From assembly GCA_965662235.1 (NCBI GenBank), contig CBFIGY010000004.1, positions 28,363 through 92,362 on the forward strand: 64,000 nt of DNA, read 5' to 3'. Within the stretch, counting starts at the first letter, position 1, and the number at the start of each line of letters is the position of its first letter. This document shows, in pieces, positions 58,115-64,000 of this stretch. The stretch comes from an uncultured bacterium. Lineage in GTDB: Bacteria; SAR324; NAC60-12. The translations under genes were made by a program, and so were the position numbers. The notes beneath the pieces are model-generated. The model was not told where the DNA came from. It saw nothing but the letters and a program-made list of their open reading frames with translations, and did not search any database.

Positions 58115-59914
58115 ATGAAATCCCTCTGCTGCCTCCTGGCGTTGCTGCTCCTCAGCACCTCCCTCTGGGCCCAGCCTCGAGAGCGTGCGGCACTGCTGCC
58201 CGTCAGCTTCCTAGGCCTTCCGGCAGTGCAGGCCAATTTCCTCTTCAACAGCCTCCAGGATCAGCTTTCTCGTGAGTTCCTCCTGATGTCTCAGGCCGAG
58301 GTCAATCAGGCGTATGAGGAGGCGTTGAATTCGCTCTCGGGAGAGGCGTGCACGGAGGAAAACTGCATCGCCGAGGTGCAAGCGTCCTTGCGGGTGCAGG
58401 TGGTGTTCAGCCTCCAGGTTCTCCGGGAAGAGGCGTCTGACCTGGTACAGATCACACTGACACTGCAGCAACGAGATCGCCGGCAGGTCCGCTCCCGTCG
58501 TTGTGAAGCCTGCTCGCTGGAGAGCCTGATGGAGGCGTTGCAGTCGGCCTCCGACTCCCTGCTGCTGGCCTACCAGCAGGAGCAACAGGGGCAGAAGGCC
58601 GAACCGGGACTCCGCTGGGATCCGGCAACCTTGACGCTCCAGGAAGGAAAGGGGCCGGTGCGTCTCAAAGTAGGAGTGGCCTCAGCGGTACAGCAGCCGG
58701 TGACCTTGCAGCTCGACAGCCCCGACTCAGAGGTGCTCATTGAGCCCCGGACGGTGGTCATTGAACCCCGTAACTGGAGCGACTGGCAAACCGTCATGGT
58801 GCAGGTGCCAGACAACCTGGAGCTGCAGGGCGTCCGTACGGCGACGCTACGCCTGGCGCCCAGTCCTGGAACACTGGACGTCGGTTACGGCTTTGTGGAC
58901 CCTGTGGAAGTGCCGCTGACGCTGGAAGACGATGATCAGGTGGGTGTGCTTGAGGTGCTCAGTTTACCTCCGGGAGCAGCGATCTGGCAGGCGGGGAAGC
59001 CCCGGGTGGATGGCACGGGAAAGCCGCTGCAGACTCCCACGACGTTAGAACTTCCAGCAGGAGCCGCGCCGCTGGAGCTCCGTTTGCCTGGGTTCCGAAA
59101 CGAGCCTGTTGTTGTGGACGTGACGCACACGCAGATGGGCGTCCGGAGTGTCAGGTTGGAACCGCTTCCAGCACGCTTGCAGGTGGCGGTGCATCCGGAC
59201 AATCGAGAAGGCGTGCTGGTGATCAACGGCGCCCGACGCCTGCCCTTGAAGGGGCAGACCCGCTCCACCTTTGAGGCGCCTGCAGGAACCTATCAGCTGC
59301 AACTGGAAGACGCCGGGCGGACCTCAGCACAGCAGACCGTGACGGTGCGAGGCGGAGAAGAACAGACGCTCCGGTTTGCACGAGTCGGGGCTCCACCCAA
59401 GTCCCCTCCGCAGCCCTCGCCTCCTCTTCTGGCTCCCCCACCTCCACGTCAGCTGAGCTGGATTGCGGGCATCAGCGTTGCCGCCTACCAGACTCCGGGC
59501 ACGCAGTTTCCGGCCAGTGCGGTCTCCATGGAGATGCCGCTGAACGTCACCCTCGAGGCACAGACCCGTTGGGGCAGCCTAGAGGGATTTTACGGAACCA
59601 CCACCGGCACCACGCTGCAGGAGCCCATCTGGCTCGGCACGTCCCAGAGTCCAGAGCCGGTGACCAAGGTTCTCTGGAGCCAGTGGGGCGGCCGCTACTG
59701 GACTCCCGTGTGGCGGTTCCTGCGGGGAACCCTGGGGGTCGCTCAGCACATCTGGCAGTTCGAGACGTCGAGAAAAAGCTACCAAGGAGTGCAGACCGTC
59801 ACGGAGGCCGGACTGGGAACTCCGGTGGCCGGAGCGCACTGGCGACTGGAGCCACGCCTGCTCGTCGACGGTGCATCGGTGCGCCTGGAAGTTGCGCTGG
59901 GGTACCGACTCTGA
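58115..59914 (+). CDS. Exported CTEENC-domain / Ig-like / PEGA protein with beta-rich C-terminus
   Basis: Signal peptide; N-domain paralogous to 61472; PRNWSDWQTV Ig-like motif; PEGA SLPPGAAI..TP..LRLPGF; Pro linker; ends LGYRL. Confidence 0.8.
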   Translation: MKSLCCLLALLLLSTSLWAQPRERAALLPVSFLGLPAVQANFLFNSLQDQLSREFLLMSQAEVNQAYEEALNSLSGEACTEENCIAEVQASLRVQVVFSLQVLREEASDLVQITLTLQQRDRRQVRSRRCEACSLESLMEALQSASDSLLLAYQQEQQGQKAEPGLRWDPATLTLQEGKGPVRLKVGVASAVQQPVTLQLDSPDSEVLIEPRTVVIEPRNWSDWQTVMVQVPDNLELQGVRTATLRLAPSPGTLDVGYGFVDPVEVPLTLEDDDQVGVLEVLSLPPGAAIWQAGKPRVDGTGKPLQTPTTLELPAGAAPLELRLPGFRNEPVVVDVTHTQMGVRSVRLEPLPARLQVAVHPDNREGVLVINGARRLPLKGQTRSTFEAPAGTYQLQLEDAGRTSAQQTVTVRGGEEQTLRFARVGAPPKSPPQPSPPLLAPPPPRQLSWIAGISVAAYQTPGTQFPASAVSMEMPLNVTLEAQTRWGSLEGFYGTTTGTTLQEPIWLGTSQSPEPVTKVLWSQWGGRYWTPVWRFLRGTLGVAQHIWQFETSRKSYQGVQTVTEAGLGTPVAGAHWRLEPRLLVDGASVRLEVALGYRL

Positions 59915-60047
59915 ATGGCCTCAACGGAGCGCATCGGCTCTCACCGCCCCCATTAAAAATTTCCCCAAATAAAGCAAAGCCCTTGAACTCAAAGAGGGAG
60001 CGGAGTGAGTGTTTGTCCTGACGAAATGAATTTATCCTTTGGGGAGG

Positions 60048-60084
60048 GAAAACCTTGAGGCTGTCCGTCTGACCTAGATAGGTT
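60048..60084 (+). promoter_or_regulatory. Conserved promoter element, copy 2
   Basis: Same 22-mer; TTGAGG-N18-TAGGTT; 22-mer ends 65 nt before ATG as in copy 1. Confidence 0.7.
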
Positions 60085-60134
60085 TAGGACTCAACAAGAC
60101 GAATCGTCAACCCCTCAAGATCCCGAAAACGCTC

Positions 60135-61475
60135 ATGGCGGTTTCATCCCTTGGACGCAGCCTGGTGCTTGGGCTATTGCTGCTCAGTGCTTCCTTGATT
60201 GGCGCGCAGGAGCGTGGCATTGTCGCGCTCCCGAATGCGGCAGATGCCCCTGCTGTGGGGACCTATTATGCGCTGATCATCGGCAACAACCACTACCAGC
60301 ACTGGCCTCCGCTACAGACGGCTCAGCATGACGCGCAGCGCCTGCAGGAGGTGCTGACCCGCCAGTACACCTTTGACCCCGAACACGTCCGGCTGGTGCT
60401 GGATGCAACCCGCGTGGACCTGCTCAAGGGCTTTGACTGGCTCAAGCGGCAGAGTCATCCGGAGGATCACGTCCTCATCTACTACGCGGGGCATGGCGAG
60501 TACGACGAGCGCGAAGATGGCTACTGGGTGCCTGTGGACGCGAGCACCGAAAACCGTTACCAGCACTTCAGCAACAGCGACCTCCTCACTCAGATCCGAG
60601 CCATTGACGCCCGTCACAAGCTGCTCATCTCCGACTCCTGCTTCAGCGGCAACCTTCTCACCCGCGGTGTTCTTTCGGCACCAGCGGACCCGACCTTCAG
60701 CGACCGTTACTTCGAGGAGAAGAACAAGCTCCGTTCGGTCCTGGGGTTGACGTCAGGCGGAAACGAGCCCGTCTCTGACGGAGGTGCTCGCTGGAACGGC
60801 AACTCCATCTTCGCCTACCACCTGCTTGGACAGCTGGAAGCCAACCGCGCGCCCTACCTGGCCACCACCGAGCTGGCGTTGCGCCTCACCCGGAACGTCT
60901 CCAACGACACCCAATCTGCCACAGGCAGCCGCCAGACCCCCGTTTTTCAGGCGATCAGCAACCAGGGGCACCAGGGCGGGGAATTTTTCTTCATCCGACG
61001 GCCTCCGTCTCAGGCCGGCCTCCTGCTGGCGTTCCAAACCTCTTCACTGCATCCGCTCCCTCATGAGGCCTCCCGGGGCCTGCTGGAAGCGCAACTCCTT
61101 CAGGAGCTAGAGAGCACGTTTGGCACCGTGGTGCGAGAAACCGTTCCCGATGCTGAGGCGTTGCGGCAGGCGATGCTCCGTCATGGGGTAACGCAGGCGC
61201 TGGTCTGGACCCTGGAGGGACGGCAGGAACCGCAGGCGTCTCTCATCTGGGAAGGCATGTCTTTTCTGGACCTCACCTTGGAGGCGGTGGACCTGCGGGG
61301 CATGCAGCTGGTGGCACGAAGTCAGCCGGTGGTCTTTGGAGAACGGCTGCCCTACCGCTCGCCGCCGGAGTCTTCGGAAGCCCAGGCCGAAGCCTTTCAG
61401 GAAGTGGCCCGGAAGCTCCTCTCCTTTTGGGAGCAAAAGGGAGCCTCAGCCTTCTTGCAGGAGCTGAAGCAATGA
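60135..61475 (+). CDS. Exported caspase-like protease (peptidase C14), paralog 2
   Basis: Signal peptide; YYAGHG, SDSCFSG; long blocks identical to paralog 1. Confidence 0.9.
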   Translation: MAVSSLGRSLVLGLLLLSASLIGAQERGIVALPNAADAPAVGTYYALIIGNNHYQHWPPLQTAQHDAQRLQEVLTRQYTFDPEHVRLVLDATRVDLLKGFDWLKRQSHPEDHVLIYYAGHGEYDEREDGYWVPVDASTENRYQHFSNSDLLTQIRAIDARHKLLISDSCFSGNLLTRGVLSAPADPTFSDRYFEEKNKLRSVLGLTSGGNEPVSDGGARWNGNSIFAYHLLGQLEANRAPYLATTELALRLTRNVSNDTQSATGSRQTPVFQAISNQGHQGGEFFFIRRPPSQAGLLLAFQTSSLHPLPHEASRGLLEAQLLQELESTFGTVVRETVPDAEALRQAMLRHGVTQALVWTLEGRQEPQASLIWEGMSFLDLTLEAVDLRGMQLVARSQPVVFGERLPYRSPPESSEAQAEAFQEVARKLLSFWEQKGASAFLQELKQ

Positions 61476-62740
61476 TGCGGTGGCTCCTGTGGACGCTCGT
61501 GCTGTGGTGGGGGGTGAGCCCCCTTCACGCGGCAGAGCCCGAACGGGTGGCGCTCCTGCCCGTCAGTTCGCTGGGCATGCCGGAGGTACAGACACAGGTC
61601 CTCTTTAACCAACTGCAGGAACGCCTCTCGCTCCAGTTTTCGCTGGTGCCGCAGGCGGAGGTGGCGTCTGCCTTTGAGCAAGCGATCCGAGCCCTTCCGG
61701 GCGCAGAGTGTACTGAGGAAAACTGCCTCGCCCTTGTGCAAGAGTCCTTGCAGGTCAACCGAGTCTTCAGCCTGCAATTGCTTCAGGATGCCGACAGCCA
61801 ACTCACCCAGCTCTCCCTGAGCCTCATTCAGGGAAAGCAGCGGATCGTCAAGAACGAGCACTGCCTGAATTGCCAGCTCCCCACCCTCTTACAGTCTGTG
61901 GAAACCGTCGCGGACAAGCTGCTGAAGGACCTTCCGGACGCTCCGAAACCTGAGGCGGGAAACCCTGAACTGCGTGTGAATCCGGAGACGCTGGAACTGG
62001 CCAAGGGCGCCACGGCAGCGGTATCGGTGTCCGTTCAAGGGCCGTTGACAGGCGCTGTGACCGTTTCGTTGAGCGCGTCGGAGTCCGGACTCCTTTCGCT
62101 GGAACCGGAGACCCTCACCTTCACTCCGGAAGCCACCGAGGTCCCGCAGAGCGTTCAGGTGACCGCAGTGGCTGATTCCGGTTGGAGTGCCTCCCGGACC
62201 CTCGCCCTGACGTTGACGGTTACTCAGTCCGAGGACCTCAACTACGGCTTTCTTGCTCCCACGTCACTGCCTGTGACCCTGCAGGCGCAGGAACCACTGG
62301 TGGCCGTGGTGCCGCTTCCAGAACCGCTCCCGGCGCCTCCTCCAGACCCACCTCCGGAACCGTCTCCATCAGAAGCAAGCTCCGGGTGGGTCTGGCATGC
62401 GGTGACGCTGGGCGTGACCGGTTTTTCCATGCTCCAGGCCAAGGGGGCCGCCGATTCGTACAACGCCCTGGAGAGTGAGAATCAGGAGCTGGCCCAACGC
62501 TACGCCACCTCGCCGGACCCGGCGCTCAAGTCTCAGTATGAAAGCAACCAGGCGTCCATGAACTCTCTCAAGGCGACGTACCAGACCTGGGACCTGGTGA
62601 CCTACGTGGGCCTAGGAGTGGAGGCGTACCTGCTGCTTGCTGATCCTTTTGCTGAGCCCGCGTCTCCGGAACCTGAGAGCTTGCTGAGCTGGGTGCCACA
62701 GCCCGGTGGGTTTCGGGTGCAGTGGGTTCATTCTTTTTGA
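61472..62740 (+). CDS. Exported CTEENC-domain / Ig-like protein with helical-hairpin C-terminus
   Basis: Signal peptide; ALLPVS, CTEENC, VFSLQ, CxxC shared with 58115; LTFTP..QSVQV; Pro linker; ends WVHSF; ATGA overlap with caspase stop. Confidence 0.8.
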   Translation: MMRWLLWTLVLWWGVSPLHAAEPERVALLPVSSLGMPEVQTQVLFNQLQERLSLQFSLVPQAEVASAFEQAIRALPGAECTEENCLALVQESLQVNRVFSLQLLQDADSQLTQLSLSLIQGKQRIVKNEHCLNCQLPTLLQSVETVADKLLKDLPDAPKPEAGNPELRVNPETLELAKGATAAVSVSVQGPLTGAVTVSLSASESGLLSLEPETLTFTPEATEVPQSVQVTAVADSGWSASRTLALTLTVTQSEDLNYGFLAPTSLPVTLQAQEPLVAVVPLPEPLPAPPPDPPPEPSPSEASSGWVWHAVTLGVTGFSMLQAKGAADSYNALESENQELAQRYATSPDPALKSQYESNQASMNSLKATYQTWDLVTYVGLGVEAYLLLADPFAEPASPEPESLLSWVPQPGGFRVQWVHSF

Positions 62741-62749
62741 GCAGGTGCT

Positions 62750-64000
62750 ATGGCCATTCTCCGTAACTCAACGTTGCTTCCTTCCCAACGACTGCTGCTC
62801 CGTGGAGTGAAGGGCTTCATGCTGCTGGGACTGCTGATGCTGCTCAGCAGCTGTGGGCAGATGACCGCAGAAGACTCCCAGACCGACGCTCAGTCCATTG
62901 AAGCCCTTGCTGCTTCCAGCGATGATCCAACGGAAGACCGAACCCTCCAGACCGGACGCTTTCTGGACTCGGCGGTGCAGGGACTGGATTATGCCTCTGG
63001 AACCACCCGCGGGACAACCGATGCCACAGGAACGTTTCAGTACGAGGAGGGAACCCCGGTGGCGTTTTCCATTGGCCCCCTTGCGCTGGGGACTGCAGAC
63101 GGTGGAGAAGTTGTCACTCCGGTGGAACTGGTTCCGGGAGGAAGCGCGAGCTCTGACGCAGTGATCAACATCGCTCGCTTCCTCCAGACGCTTGATGCCG
63201 ACGGGGATCCTGGCAACGGCATTCACCTCAATGAGGCCATTAAGGATGCGCTGGAGCCGCTGGAAACGGAAGTGACATTTGACGTGTCACCTCAGCAGTT
63301 TGCCTTACAGAATGCCGTGGCGTTGAATGCGGCCCAGTCGGTCCCTTTGGAAAATGGGCAAACCCGAGAAGTGGTTTCGGAGGCAGCTGCCAAGGAGCAC
63401 CTGGAGCAGACCCTAGCGCAGCAGCGGAATGCCTGCCGCTTCGATGGGCAAACCGTTTTGGACAGCGGTACGGTGACGGCGTATGAGAAGGCGTCCGTGG
63501 CGTATGGAGAAGCGTGTTTGTCGGAGGTCCGGACCTGCACAAACGGCGTTCTGAGTGGTGACTATGCTTACGCCAGTTGTCTGGATCTGCCTCCGGGAGA
63601 CTGCTCGTTCCAGGGCGCCGCAGTGCTTCATGGCAATGACGTGACCGCCTACCTCGCAGATTCTGTGGCTTATGGTGAGTCCTGCACCTCGGAGGTCCGT
63701 ACCTGCACAAACGGCGTTCTGAGTGGTGACTATGCCTACGCCAGCTGCGAAGTGGCTCCGGCGGCAGCGTGTACGTTCGACGGTGCCTCGGTGGCTCATG
63801 GCAAAAGCGTCACCGCGTATGCCTCCGACTCCGTCGCCTTGGGGCTGAGCTGCGAGTCAGAAATTCGGACCTGCACAAACGGGAGCCTGAGCGGCTCATT
63901 TGAGTACGCCAGCTGTGAGGCAACCTCGGCTGCGTCCTGTTCGTTCCATGGCTCGTCGATCGCGTCAGGTGACAATGTGACCGCCTACCTCGCAGATTCT
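62750..64000 (+). CDS. Large surface lipoprotein with Cys-rich tandem repeats (3'-truncated; absent from ORF track)
   Basis: Hand translation is open from ATG 62750 to the window end; lipobox LSSC (Cys35); GRFLDSAVQGLDY..NIARFLQTLDADGDPGNGI domain; then 56-aa repeats. Confidence 0.9.
   Translation, partial: MAILRNSTLLPSQRLLLRGVKGFMLLGLLMLLSSCGQMTAEDSQTDAQSIEALAASSDDPTEDRTLQTGRFLDSAVQGLDYASGTTRGTTDATGTFQYEEGTPVAFSIGPLALGTADGGEVVTPVELVPGGSASSDAVINIARFLQTLDADGDPGNGIHLNEAIKDALEPLETEVTFDVSPQQFALQNAVALNAAQSVPLENGQTREVVSEAAAKEHLEQTLAQQRNACRFDGQTVLDSGTVTAYEKASVAYGEACLSEVRTCTNGVLSGDYAYASCLDLPPGDCSFQGAAVLHGNDVTAYLADSVAYGESCTSEVRTCTNGVLSGDYAYASCEVAPAAACTFDGASVAHGKSVTAYASDSVALGLSCESEIRTCTNGSLSGSFEYASCEATSAASCSFHGSSIASGDNVTAYLADS
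63434..64000 (+). repeat. 168-bp (56-aa) coding tandem repeat, three full units plus a partial fourth
   Basis: First Cys codons at 63434, 63602, 63770, 63938; consensus CxFxGxxVxxGxxVTAYxxxSVAYGxxCxSEVRTCTNGxLSGxYxYASC. Confidence 0.95.

Noticed and set aside
56695..60069. 22-bp direct repeat as att sites or target-site duplication of a mobile element
   Set aside because: No integrase or transposase; homology continues into the paralogous genes, so a tandem duplication with a conserved promoter explains it better
62768..63799. Track ORFs on the minus strand and alternative plus frame at the window end
   Set aside because: Superseded by the uninterrupted lipoprotein frame from 62750, omitted from the track only because it has no stop in the window
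63434..64000. Periodic DNA repeats as a possible CRISPR array or DGR template/variable repeat
   Set aside because: 168-bp in-frame units with mostly codon-compatible changes, no unique spacers, no cas or reverse transcriptase gene, no evident adenine-specific variation

Overview
GC-rich (roughly 60-63% by eye) bacterial chromosomal window with about 60 CDSs. I found no rRNA, tRNA, CRISPR array or mobile element. Gene content and order (flgI-flgJ-flgM-flgN-flgK-flgL-csrA-fliW, single-domain FlgJ, sigma54/sigma28 motifs) fit a deltaproteobacteria-like lineage, possibly SAR324; this is inference only. Most of the window is housekeeping or metabolic: lgt, rph, lolA, an lptF-family permease, recJ, an S41 protease, a LacI/GH2/sugar-ABC locus, ppnN, DAHP synthase, ubiE, metY, a Prx5-Grx hybrid, a UxaA-family dehydratase, gluQ, trkH and flagellar genes. 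The best candidate for an undescribed system is at 56.7-64 kb. It is a tandemly duplicated two-gene module: an exported caspase-like (C14) protease plus an exported CTEENC-domain/Ig-like partner with swapped C-termini. Each copy has an identical 22-bp promoter element ending exactly 65 nt before its ATG. The modules are followed by a lipoprotein with 56-aa four-Cys tandem repeats that runs off the window and is missing from the ORF track. Other notable items are a hexaheme triple cytochrome c4, an 853-aa protein with several degenerate receiver-like segments, an APC-EIIA-RCK_C fusion transporter, a hinge-less LacI beside a CpG-free palindrome, and strong over-representation of the palindrome TCCGGA.
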